Shown: in pieces, positions 9,624 through 19,350 of the stretch
How positions within the stretch are numbered: the first letter of the stretch is position 1
Layout of the letters: every line of letters starts with the position of its first letter
DNA from: Candidatus Sumerlaeia bacterium
Lineage (GTDB): Bacteria; Sumerlaeota; Sumerlaeia; SLMS01; JANRJK01
Reading direction: 5' to 3'
Assembly (NCBI GenBank): GCA_033764015.1
Contig: JANRJK010000002.1
Location: 1 to 64,000, forward strand
DNA: 64,000 nucleotides
The notes under the pieces: model-generated
The model's input: only the letters and a program-made list of their open reading frames with translations
Databases searched by the model: none
What the model was told of the DNA's origin: nothing
Translations under genes and position numbers: made by a program

Positions 9624-10050
9624 GTGAAACGTACAGCGCTCAGACTTGCGATCGTGATGTCAGGCATTGTCTTCGGGATGCTGCCCACCGGAGGCTTCCG
9701 TGCCGCGGAAGACCCCAACAACGCATGGTGTGGGTCGGGCGCAAAACCCCTGCGCGCAGCTCCCCAGCGACGAATGCTCATACTGCGAGGACTGGATCGG
9801 GAGGGTCTATTGCATCAAGCCGGGCACCAGCTGCAATGTTAGCAACACGGCATACCGCCACGTTCTGGTAGATCCCTGGTACTCCTGCAAGTATCAGTTC
9901 GGTAGTTTCTGCGCGAACGCGCAGCCGAACCCGACCTGCCAATGGAAGCAGCCATGCGCCAAGTTCAGGAATGAGAACGCGGACTGGGAGTGTGCGTTCA
10001 CGACAGTTGGACAAGCGAGTGCAGGAGTCGGGGTTGGCTGCACGCCCTGA
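9624..10050 (+). pseudogene. Secreted 12-Cys small protein (module copy 1), +1 frameshift near 9743-9750
   Basis: Signal peptide in frame 9624 and Cys-rich body in frame 9667; deleting one base from AAAACCCC gives WCGSGANPCAQ, matching the paralog at 25173. Confidence 0.75.
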
Positions 10051-10122
10051 CGCAACGTTCGAGTACAACGCCGCCCCGGCGGCCACCTCACGCCCCATGT
10101 CTCTCTGTGAAAGGATACGAAC

Positions 10123-11115
10123 ATGCTACATGCACTCGTTGCGCTAGTCGGCATTACGTTCACCGCCCCGCTCTCGCTTGAACTCGCGCCCCCGCCCGGC
10201 GGCCCCGCTGCAGCGGCCGCGATCTACGAAGCGATCGCCCCAATGCCCCACGATACAGTCTTCGACTACGAGGTCCTAGTCGAATCAAGTGGCCAGCCCG
10301 CCGCGCGCGAGGCGCACCGCGTCGCCTTGGGCGAGCGCGACACTGTCCTCCTCCGCGAGACCGGCAACAGCACGCTCGCCATCGTTTACCGTGATTCGGA
10401 ACTCATCGCCGCCGTGCAAGGCTCGCAGATGGTGCTCAGGCCCGACCGGTATGTTTACTCCCAGTTCGTCCCGCCGTTCTGTTCGGTCGGCGAGTGGGTG
10501 CCCATGAAGTCGATGCAAACCCGCAAGGCGATGCTCGAGGCGGTCGGGACGTCGAACGCGGCGGCGGTCGCGAACCAAGTGGGCGCCTGGCTGATCCCCA
10601 ATCCACGCTATGGAGTCAGCCTGAACGACGGCGAGTTGTACGTCGGCGATGCGGAACTGGTGCAGCTTTCCCCGGACGGCTCGATGGTCCTCACCCACGC
10701 CTTGGGGACCGCATATCTGTGGAACGACGGGACGACGGTGTTCGACCCGAGCGTGTCGATGCGGATCGAAGGAGACCCGCGCACGGTTGGCTCGACGGTG
10801 GCCGTTACCGAGTACACGGAGGCGGAGATTCCCGAGGACGCCACCCCGGCAGTGGTCCGCGACGTGCTCGTGGGGCGGACACCGTTACCCGCCTCGACGC
10901 GCACCTACCGGCTTCTCTCGACGGCGCCCATGGCGGAGGCGCATTTCCCCGTCACGCTTGATGGGTGGGCGGAGCAGGCCGCGGTCGTGACTGAAGGCGC
11001 ATACGAGAACCCTGCGCGGCGCGTCTTCGCGGAAGTGCAGCGCGACGGCAAGTCGGAACTCGTCCGCGAATTGGTGTTCGATCCGGCGAAGATCGATTTC
11101 GTCAAGGCGCGGTAG
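10123..11115 (+). CDS. Secreted hypothetical protein, partner of 12-Cys protein copy 1
   Basis: AAGGA RBS, N-terminal hydrophobic signal, patchy similarity to 25655-26602. Confidence 0.75.
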   Translation: MLHALVALVGITFTAPLSLELAPPPGGPAAAAAIYEAIAPMPHDTVFDYEVLVESSGQPAAREAHRVALGERDTVLLRETGNSTLAIVYRDSELIAAVQGSQMVLRPDRYVYSQFVPPFCSVGEWVPMKSMQTRKAMLEAVGTSNAAAVANQVGAWLIPNPRYGVSLNDGELYVGDAELVQLSPDGSMVLTHALGTAYLWNDGTTVFDPSVSMRIEGDPRTVGSTVAVTEYTEAEIPEDATPAVVRDVLVGRTPLPASTRTYRLLSTAPMAEAHFPVTLDGWAEQAAVVTEGAYENPARRVFAEVQRDGKSELVRELVFDPAKIDFVKAR

Positions 11116-11127
11116 ACGCCACACCAT

Positions 11128-11162
11128 GCCCGCCCGGCACCCCTATTGGATGCCGGGCGGGC
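11128..11162 (+). terminator. GC-rich hairpin closing module copy 1
   Basis: 12-bp stem GCCCGCCCGGCA/TGCCGGGCGGGC just after the stop; no clear U tract. Confidence 0.5.
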
Positions 11163-11214
11163 GCGCGTTCGCACTTGGCCCAAGCCCACCATCGGTGCGG
11201 TCTCGACGGCACCG

Positions 11215-12648
11215 ATGGAACCCCGCCCGAAACAACCCTCCCTGGCCGGCTGGCTGCCGACGCTGCTGAGCGGCGCGGTGGTGCGCGCCCTCGCGGCCTT
11301 GCGGCTCTTCGTGTTCGCGCCGCTGCTCGGCCCGGAAGGCTTCGGCCTGCTGCGCATCGCGCAATCCGCGATGCAGATCCTCACCAGCGTCGGCGCGCTC
11401 GGGATGCCGCAGGCCTACCCGCGCTTCTTCCCCGAGCTGGAGGACGCGGCCGCGCGGCGCGCCTTCTGGCTGCACACCATGGCGTGGTCCTGCGTCGGAA
11501 TCGTGGTGCTCACGGCGCTGCTGGCGGCGATGCCCTCGGTGGCCGCCGAACTGCTTTTCAACGACGTGAAGCACCGCTGGCTGGCGCTGGGGCTGGCTGC
11601 GATGCTGCCCGCCTCGTGGCTGCTGCGCTCGATGATCGGGGCGGCGCAGGGCCTCGGCAAGTTCCGCGACGCCGCGGTCGGCGAGACCATCCAGTCCGTC
11701 GGCTTCTTCGGGGCGGGGCTCGCGCTGCTCTACGTGTTTCCCGGGCGCGTGCTGCCGCTGCTGCTCGCCTTCGCCGCCGCGATGGCACTGGGCGGAGCGT
11801 ACCTGCTCGCGCGCAGCGGCCTCATGCGCTCCCCGGTCGGCACGCCGGCCGCGGCGGACATCACGCGGCGCGCGGTGCGCTACGCCGCGTGGTACATGTT
11901 GATCCCGGTGACCAACACGCTCTTCGAGCTTATCGACCGCTGGATGGTTTCCCGCGCCCTCTCGATGGCCACCGCGGGGGCCTACTCGTTCATCCCGCTG
12001 CTGGGTCTCGGGATGTTCCTGTTCGGCGCCTCGCTCGGGGCGGTGGCGCTGCGGACCGCCACCCGCATGCAGCTCGACCAAGGCCGCGCCGCGGCGGAGC
12101 GGTACGTCTGGAGCTGCGTGAAGATCGTCTTCCTCGCGTCGCTGGCGTACAGCGTGGCAATGAGGCTCGCGGAGCCGCTTGTCTGGCGCATCTTCGGCCC
12201 GGAGTGGTCGCGCGCCGCGCTCCTCCTGCCCTACTTCCTATGCTACTATGCGCTGTTCAACGTGGCATGGCTGGTGGCGACATTCGCGGCGCTGCGCGAG
12301 GCGGCGTGGATACAGCTCGCCGCCGGCGTGCTGGGCACCGCGGCGAACGCCGCGCTGAACGCCGCGCTGATTCCCGAATGGGGAGTGCTGGGCGCCGCCG
12401 CGGGGACCGTGGCGGGGCAGGCGCTCCTGCTCGCGGCGCACGTAGCCTACTCGGCCCGGGCGGGTGTCGTGTCGACGCGGAGCGGCGCCGCCACCCTGGC
12501 GCTGCCGCTGCTGATGCTGGCGCCGGTGTGGCTGCAGGGCGTGGCGCTCGCGGCCCTGTCGTGGGCGGCGTGGCGCGGATGGTACTTGGACCGGGAGGCT
12601 CGCGCGATGCTCGGCGACTACGCACGGCGCATGCTCGCGCGCCGATGA
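11215..12648 (+). CDS. Oligosaccharide flippase (Wzx-like, MOP superfamily)
   Basis: Many TM segments; LGPEGFG, LGMPQAYPRF, IDRWMV and LNAALIPEWGVLGAA motifs; start approximate. Confidence 0.8.
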   Translation: MEPRPKQPSLAGWLPTLLSGAVVRALAALRLFVFAPLLGPEGFGLLRIAQSAMQILTSVGALGMPQAYPRFFPELEDAAARRAFWLHTMAWSCVGIVVLTALLAAMPSVAAELLFNDVKHRWLALGLAAMLPASWLLRSMIGAAQGLGKFRDAAVGETIQSVGFFGAGLALLYVFPGRVLPLLLAFAAAMALGGAYLLARSGLMRSPVGTPAAADITRRAVRYAAWYMLIPVTNTLFELIDRWMVSRALSMATAGAYSFIPLLGLGMFLFGASLGAVALRTATRMQLDQGRAAAERYVWSCVKIVFLASLAYSVAMRLAEPLVWRIFGPEWSRAALLLPYFLCYYALFNVAWLVATFAALREAAWIQLAAGVLGTAANAALNAALIPEWGVLGAAAGTVAGQALLLAAHVAYSARAGVVSTRSGAATLALPLLMLAPVWLQGVALAALSWAAWRGWYLDREARAMLGDYARRMLARR

Positions 12649-12657
12649 GCGCGCCGC

Positions 12658-12837
12658 CTACTCTTCAGGCAGCTCGCCGCGCTCCGTCGCCTCGCGCACG
12701 TACTCCTGCCATTTCGAGTTCTGGTAGCTGACGAAGCAGAACGCGTGGTGCAGCGCGAGGTACTCCATCGATTCCTTGTCGTCGGAGTACTCCTTGCGCA
12801 GGGCGTGAAGTGCGGCGAGCAGCTTTTCGGGCTTCAT
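12658..12837 (-). CDS. Small hypothetical protein (59 aa)
   Basis: GGAGG RBS before the ATG; GC3-biased codons; MKPEKLL...GELPEE. Confidence 0.7.
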   Translation of the reverse strand: MKPEKLLAALHALRKEYSDDKESMEYLALHHAFCFVSYQNSKWQEYVREATERGELPEE

Positions 12838-12877
12838 GGGGGCCTCCGGGGGACAGGGTCGCCGCCATTGGCTACGC

Positions 12878-13642
12878 TCAGGGGCGGGCGCGGGCCAACG
12901 CAATCCAGCGCGCGCTGGCCCCGGGGTCGAACGCCCCGCCGCCGTAGCCGCCGAACTCCGCCGCGATGTCGAACCGCGCGGCCCGGAGACCCAGACGCAG
13001 TTCCTCCGGGCGGAAGAAGCGCACGCTCTCCTCCGAAAGCAATTCCGCGCGGCCGTCCACCAGCCGCTCGACGCGCTTTTCGATCCGCTCCGGCGGGGGA
13101 GTGACGCGCCGCGTGGTGCGGACCACCGCGCCGCGCTCCGGCAGGAAATCCACCGGTTCGATCGACCGCCGCACGACCGCCTCGTTCAGGAAATCGAACA
13201 GGAACCAGCCACCGTGCGCGAGGACTCGGCGCACCTCGGCGAAGACCGCGAGGTTCTCCTCGTCCGGGTCGAAGTAGCCGAACGCGGTGAAGAAGTTCAC
13301 GACAAGTTGGAACGACTCGGCACCAAAAGGTAGCTGGCGCATGTCCCCGCGGACGCAGGCGGGGCGGTGGCCCGCCGCCTCCAGGGTGCCCCGCGCCGCG
13401 GCGAGGAGCGGGGCGCTCAAGTCGAAACTCACCGTCGCCGGGTAGCGCTCCGCCAGCGGGAGCGAGTGCCGCCCGGGCCCGCACGCCAGGTCGAGCACCC
13501 GGGATGTGCGCACAAGTCCAAGCGGCTCAACCAGCGAAGCGATCGCCAGATGCGCTTCCGAGCTGTCCCGGTGCGCATAGCGCTCGAGGTAGTCCAACCC
13601 GAAGGCTGTTTCGTACCAGGGACGCGCCTCGTGATCAGACAT
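12878..13642 (-). CDS. Class I SAM-dependent methyltransferase
   Basis: VLDLACGPGRH, GDMRQLPF, NFFTAFGYF. Confidence 0.9.
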   Translation of the reverse strand: MSDHEARPWYETAFGLDYLERYAHRDSSEAHLAIASLVEPLGLVRTSRVLDLACGPGRHSLPLAERYPATVSFDLSAPLLAAARGTLEAAGHRPACVRGDMRQLPFGAESFQLVVNFFTAFGYFDPDEENLAVFAEVRRVLAHGGWFLFDFLNEAVVRRSIEPVDFLPERGAVVRTTRRVTPPPERIEKRVERLVDGRAELLSEESVRFFRPEELRLGLRAARFDIAAEFGGYGGGAFDPGASARWIALARARP

Positions 13643-13733
13643 TGTTGGACCCTCTCTAGAGGCGCGGAAGGGCGCATCTGGATTTTGTCCGAATCATGGC
13701 AAGGTTGCTGCCACAGATGAACATAGCCTCATT

Positions 13734-14903
13734 TTGGAGCAGCCCATGACCAACACCGCCTCATTACCGTCCACTAAGGCCCGCAAGGGGGAGGCGAAGA
13801 AGGGAACGGGACCATGGCTGGGGCGTTCCCTACTGCAGCCTGCGGTCCTAGGCATGTTCCACCGGAGCGGTGTCATGAGCGGCGCCCGGCTGGCAACGAT
13901 CCTCACTGTCGGCCGCTCCTCCGCCCACCTGATTCTCGAACGCATGCACCGCGAGCACATGCTCCAGATCCTCGAGCGGAAGCCGGGCGGCATCCTCCCG
14001 CCGGGCCGCCCGACCACGGACTACGCGCTCAACCCCGCCTGCGGCAGCCACCTCGGAGTGGCCCTTGAGACGGACCGGATCCAGTGGGCGCTCTGTAGTT
14101 TCGACGGCGCATCGCTCGACCGCGGCACCGTGATGGCCCGTCCCGGTGAAGGCGCCCGGATGACGCTCTCCCGTTTCTTCGAGGGATTCGGCGGGGAAAG
14201 CAAGGTGGTGCCGCAGCAACCGCCCATCGTCTCCGTGGGCATCGCGATATCGGAGTTGAAGCACCTCGAAGAGCCCTCCGAACTGGACGCCAAGTCGGTC
14301 GCGCGGCACTTCCCCGGCGCCGAGGTCCAAGTGGTCGGCGCCGCCTTCGCCGGCGCCGTTGCGGACTCGCTCGAATCGTTTTCCAAGCCGCGGTCGGTCC
14401 TGTACGTCGAGGTCCTCCAGAGCTTCGACGTGGCCGCATCGGTGGCGTCCGGTGGCGACTACCTGTTCGGCGAGCTGCGCGCCTCCGGCCCCATGCGCGG
14501 GCTCAAGTCGACCCTTTGCGACCTCGCCTCGGAGCATGATGGACTGATCGCTCCGAACACGACCTGGACCCGCCTCATCGCGGCGGCCGAGTCCGATCCC
14601 CGGGCGCTTGCCAGCGTGGACCGCCTGCTCGGAGAGCTGGCCCGCCAACTTTACGAACTGGCCCTCTTCAGCCGTGCCGAGCGCGTGGTGCTGGAGAGCC
14701 CCGAGCGCGAGCTGGCGGCGTTCCTCCAAAAGCGCATCCGCCCCCTGGTGGAGCGGCTGGTCGAGCGGGAAGGCCGCCGAGTGCCGCTGCCCGTGGCCGC
14801 CGTGCACGAGGCGCACGCGACCGCACGGGGCGCGGCGCTGCTCGGCATCGGCCGCCAGATCGCCCAGTCGCTGCGGTTCTTCCCGGCCCTCGCGAAAGAG
14901 TAG
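13734..14903 (+). CDS. ROK family transcriptional regulator (divergent)
   Basis: N-terminal HTH ending in GRPTTDYALNP; LGVALE sugar-kinase strand; C-terminal ARGAALL; start uncertain. Confidence 0.7.
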   Translation: MEQPMTNTASLPSTKARKGEAKKGTGPWLGRSLLQPAVLGMFHRSGVMSGARLATILTVGRSSAHLILERMHREHMLQILERKPGGILPPGRPTTDYALNPACGSHLGVALETDRIQWALCSFDGASLDRGTVMARPGEGARMTLSRFFEGFGGESKVVPQQPPIVSVGIAISELKHLEEPSELDAKSVARHFPGAEVQVVGAAFAGAVADSLESFSKPRSVLYVEVLQSFDVAASVASGGDYLFGELRASGPMRGLKSTLCDLASEHDGLIAPNTTWTRLIAAAESDPRALASVDRLLGELARQLYELALFSRAERVVLESPERELAAFLQKRIRPLVERLVEREGRRVPLPVAAVHEAHATARGAALLGIGRQIAQSLRFFPALAKE

Positions 14904-14980
14904 CCCGCGCTTCCCCCTTGTGGACGCCGCCGGAGGCATTCCAGCATCCGGGCATCCCACTTGGAGAATTCGGAACGCAC

Positions 14981-15760
<780 letters not shown>

Positions 15761-15818
15761 GGAACCATCGACGCGGGTTGGGGCCTATTGTCCCGCCCGA
15801 AACGCTCGAAACACCCGG

Positions 15819-15842
15819 CCGGCCCTCCGCAAGGAGGGCCGG
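15819..15842 (+). terminator. Hairpin after tpiA
   Basis: CCGGCCCTCC-GCAA-GGAGGGCCGG perfect stem with GNRA loop. Confidence 0.65.
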
Positions 15843-15857
15843 TTCCTGTCAGCGGCA

Positions 15858-15889
15858 TTGACACACCCACCGTTCCCCTTTGATAAAAT
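15858..15889 (+). promoter_or_regulatory. Putative promoter for phhA
   Basis: TTGACA plus extended -10 TGA-TAAAAT (spacer is long); AAGGAGG RBS downstream. Confidence 0.45.
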
Positions 15890-15931
15890 GCTTAAGCAGC
15901 GCGCCAGCGCGCCACAAGGAGGAATCACGCC

Positions 15932-16846
15932 ATGGGCACCGCAGCCACCGCACCCGGACTGACCACCACCAAGGCGCCCTTCATCGAGGAGTGCCGCGGC
16001 ACCGGCGAACTGTTCATCCGCCAGCCCTACGAACTTTACAGCGAAGACAACCAGCAGGCCTGGCGCGCGCTCTACGCGCGCATCCGCCCGCGCTGGGACC
16101 GCTACGCGCACCCGCGATTCCTCCAGGGCGTGCAGAACCTCGCGCTCAACCCGGACCGCATCCCGCGCCTCGAAGAGATCAACCAGTTCCTCTCGCCGCT
16201 CTCCGGCTTCAAGGCCAAGGCGGTCAGCGGCTACGTTCCGATGTACCTCTTCTTCGACTGCCTTCGGAACCGCGACTTCCCCACGACGATCACGATCCGC
16301 GATTCGTCGAAGCTGGAGTACCTGCCGGAGCCGGACATCTTCCACGACGTGGCGGGGCATGTGCCAATGCACACGGACCGTCGCTTTTCCGATGTGCTGG
16401 TGCGCTTCGGCGAGGTCGGCCACGAGGCCGCCATGCGCGCCAAGGACATGAAGGACCACGACAAGCGGCTGCACACCATCGAGTCGGTCATGAAGGCGAT
16501 GGCGCGGTTCTTCTGGTTCACCATCGAGTTCGGCCTGATGCGCGACGGCAAGGACATCAAGGTGTCCGGCAGCGGCCTGCTCAGCTCCTACGGCGAGATC
16601 GCGCACTGCATCGAATCGCCGGACGTGCAGCGCTACCCGCTCCAGCTCGAGTGGGTCGTCAACCAGGGGTTCGAGATCCACCACTACCAGCCGCTGCTGT
16701 TCGTGGCGGACGGCTTCGACCAGCTCTTCGAGATGGTCGAGGAGCTCGGCCGCTGGGCGCGCGCCGGGAAGCTGGACAACGTGGCGCCGGGCGAGCCCGG
16801 CATCAACGACGCCGAGATGGAGTCGTTCCTCGCGGCGGAGGCGTGA
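15932..16846 (+). CDS. phhA: Phenylalanine 4-monooxygenase (aromatic amino acid hydroxylase)
   Basis: YLPEPDIFHDVAGHVP, WFTIEFGL and GLLSSYGE iron-binding motifs. Confidence 0.92.
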   Translation: MGTAATAPGLTTTKAPFIEECRGTGELFIRQPYELYSEDNQQAWRALYARIRPRWDRYAHPRFLQGVQNLALNPDRIPRLEEINQFLSPLSGFKAKAVSGYVPMYLFFDCLRNRDFPTTITIRDSSKLEYLPEPDIFHDVAGHVPMHTDRRFSDVLVRFGEVGHEAAMRAKDMKDHDKRLHTIESVMKAMARFFWFTIEFGLMRDGKDIKVSGSGLLSSYGEIAHCIESPDVQRYPLQLEWVVNQGFEIHHYQPLLFVADGFDQLFEMVEELGRWARAGKLDNVAPGEPGINDAEMESFLAAEA

Positions 16847-16855
16847 GGCGCGGCG

Positions 16856-17698
16856 CTACTTCAGCGCCTGCTTCCCGCTCTTGTTGAAGTTGTAGTTCAG
16901 CGGCCCGAACGGCGTCTCCGTCAGCATCTGGCCGGAGAGGTCGAACTTCGTGTCGCCACCGGTGATCATCTGGATGCCCGCCATGCCGAGCTTGGAGGGC
17001 GAGAACTGGATCGGGATCTCGAAGGTGGCGGGCTCGCCCTTGCGCAGCGCCGTCTTCGACGTCAGCGCGCTGTCCGCCACGGAGACACCACCGAGCTTCA
17101 GTCCGTAGGCCAGGTTCGACAGCGTGAGCGGGAAGTCGTTCTGGTTCTCGACGGTCAGCTTCAGCGCGCCGCTCATGTTCTCGAGCGTCATCGACTTCAT
17201 CTCGAACTTGCCCACGTCGACCTTCGGCACCGTCGGCACCGGGAGCTGGCCCGAGTGCTTGAGCGGCAGCGCGATCGGCCCGACGCCCGGCGCGTCCGCG
17301 GAAAGGTTCAGGTCCGCCTCGTAGGGGAACACCTGTCCCGGGCGGATGCTGGTGACCGTCGCGAGGAGGCTCTGGAAGGTGACCGTCGCTGGGACCTTCA
17401 GCGTCTCGGTGCCGCCCGCGGGGATCGTGGTGGCGCCCTCGAAGGTGCCCGCGAGGAACTGCTGCCCCGCGCTCGACAGCTTGTAATCGAGGTTGGAAAT
17501 CGGCAGCGCGACCGCGTAGGGGTTCTTCACGTCCACGTCGAAGAGCAGCGACATGCCGTTGAAATCGAGCTTATCGAGGCTGACGTTGCGGATCGAGGCG
17601 GTGGGCTTGTCGACGGCCTTGAGGAGCGCCTCGGCGTACTGGCATCCGGTGGCGGTGGCGAGCAGCAAGGTGGCGGCGGCGGCGTGGAGCAGGCGCAT
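16856..17698 (-). CDS. LEA type 2 / WHy domain lipoprotein (two domains)
   Basis: Lipobox ATGC; V.NP...LP...LDY and VENQNDFPL repeats. Confidence 0.85.
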   Translation of the reverse strand: MRLLHAAAATLLLATATGCQYAEALLKAVDKPTASIRNVSLDKLDFNGMSLLFDVDVKNPYAVALPISNLDYKLSSAGQQFLAGTFEGATTIPAGGTETLKVPATVTFQSLLATVTSIRPGQVFPYEADLNLSADAPGVGPIALPLKHSGQLPVPTVPKVDVGKFEMKSMTLENMSGALKLTVENQNDFPLTLSNLAYGLKLGGVSVADSALTSKTALRKGEPATFEIPIQFSPSKLGMAGIQMITGGDTKFDLSGQMLTETPFGPLNYNFNKSGKQALK

Positions 17699-17799
17699 GG
17701 CGCGGGGTCTCGGGAGCGTGGGGTGACTGTCCCGGAAAGGCTCCGCGCGCGGGCGCCGGGGGTCAATGGGGAGCGGCCCGGGCGGGCGCCGCTCCCCGG
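17675..17799. repeat. Imperfect direct repeat, copy 1 (hairpin + promoter + LEA gene 5' end, on the minus strand)
   Basis: First 55 nt match 19216-19270 at 53/55; TTGACC-N17-GAGCCT conserved in both copies. Confidence 0.85.
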
Positions 17800-17803
17800 A
17801 CGA

Positions 17804-19000
17804 TTAGTTGTCCCCGAAGCGCCCGACCACCGGGATGTCGATCGGCTCGGCGGTCGTGGTTTGCATCGCGCGGATCGTGTCCTCCATCCACTGCATGAGG
17901 CCGGGGTGGAGGTCGGCGCCGTCCCGGTTGAGGAATCAGATCGCCGCTTCGCCGCCGCGGTGGGGGGCGCGCAGCCCCTGGTCGAACCTCGCGAAAGCAC
18001 CCGTTGCCAGATCGCCGGCGCTCTGGCCGAGCGCGAACGCCAGCAGGATCGCCCTCGCGCGCGCCCAATGGTTGCCAGGGTCGGAGGCGGTGAGCACCAG
18101 GCGAAGCCCCGCGAGTTCCTGCTCGGGCGACTGCGCCGATGCGAGGCCCGAGGCGAGCGCGTCGGCTTGGGCGCGCGTCATGGAAGCGCGGAAGTCGGGG
18201 TTGGCAACTACGGTGGAAAGCGTCCTTCCGTTCGGTTGTACCCCGCGGTTGGTTCGAAGAAACAAGACTGATCGATAGAACCAGTCGATGTCACCCTGCG
18301 AGGCCACGGGCTTGGGTCCGTGGCCTCCCCTTGAGTACGAAGGCCCGTGCCGGTACATCCATTCGTAATCCACGACCTCGTAGCCATCGATCTCGGACGG
18401 AAAGAAGACGAGGTAGCGGATGTTCTCCTCGTCCATGTCCTTGGGGGTGTTGTTCTCAGCGAGATCGTCAGCGGCGAAGGTGCCCGTGGAAGTCCAACGC
18501 TCGATCCGCAGGCGGGAGCCGCTAGAGGCCGCGCGGCCTGCCATCTGATTGGTCGTCCCATTATGGCGCAACTCTGCCCCGGAGTTCGGAGAAATAGTCA
18601 GTTCATAGCACACTGCAGTTACCTCGTCGCTGAGCGTCGCGCCCTCGGTTTGCATCACCCAGCGAGTCGGTCGCACCCTGAACGGGCGTTGCATGGAGCC
18701 CTCAGCGTCCTCTCCGGCAACGGAAAGGGCGAAGAGGAAGTCCGCGAGCGACTCCGGCATCGGGGACGTGAGGGGAATGTCCGCGAACCCAAGCACGCGT
18801 ACTCGCTCTACCGAAACCGGATCCTCAGACCACGCGATGGCTTCGTCGACGCGAGGGTCCGTTCCTTCCACATAGTAAGCAGGCTCATCCGCGGACTCTG
18901 CACCCGATGGGTCTTGGGTCTTCGCTGGTGTAGCCGCTCCCCAGAGGCCGGCTCCGAGGATGAAGAGAAAAGTTACAAGTAGCTCAGCTCGTGTATTCAC
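17804..19000 (-). pseudogene. Secreted hypothetical protein with in-frame TGA at 17936-17938
   Basis: GGAGAG RBS and GTG at 19000; signal peptide; frame continues past TGA with GC3-biased codons to TAA at 17804, just before a hairpin. Confidence 0.65.
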
Positions 19001-19215
19001 ATTTGCTCTCCAAGAAGGATCCATCCCCTGTCCGCAGAAGAACAAGTCTGAGCCTTCGCCTCAAGGCCAACCTTTGCGTGACCCGACTCCGCTTTCCGAT
19101 CACCCCTGCCCGCAGGGAGACGAAACCCCGTTTCCTCTCTACCCACCCACCCCGCGCCGCGCCCCCCGTCCGACCGGCCGCTTCCAACACCTCAGTGCCC
19201 CAATTGACCCCCGCT

Positions 19216-19348
19216 GGCGGCGGCGTGGAGCAGGCGCGTGGCGCGGGGCCTCGGGAGCGTGGGGTGACTGGTTCGGGCAAGGCTCCGCGCGGATACGCTG
19301 GAGGTCAACCGGGAGCGGGCCGCGGCTGGGCGCGGCCCGCTCCCGGTT
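19216..19348. repeat. Imperfect direct repeat, copy 2 (LEA start ATG mutated to ACG)
   Basis: Matches 17675-17799; contains a perfect 18-bp stem at 19307-19348 right after the stop of the beta-helix gene. Confidence 0.85.
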
Positions 19349-19350
19349 GC

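Noticed and set aside
9624..10050. Cys-rich proteins as RiPP precursors, ferredoxins or c-type cytochromes
   Set aside because: No adjacent radical SAM, lanthipeptide or C39 genes, no CxxCH and no ferredoxin spacing; Sec-type signal peptides and an even Cys count favour disulfides.
17936..17938. Selenocysteine or TGA recoding
   Set aside because: No convincing SECIS hairpin or redox motif, and TGA ends many genes in the window; kept only as a premature stop.
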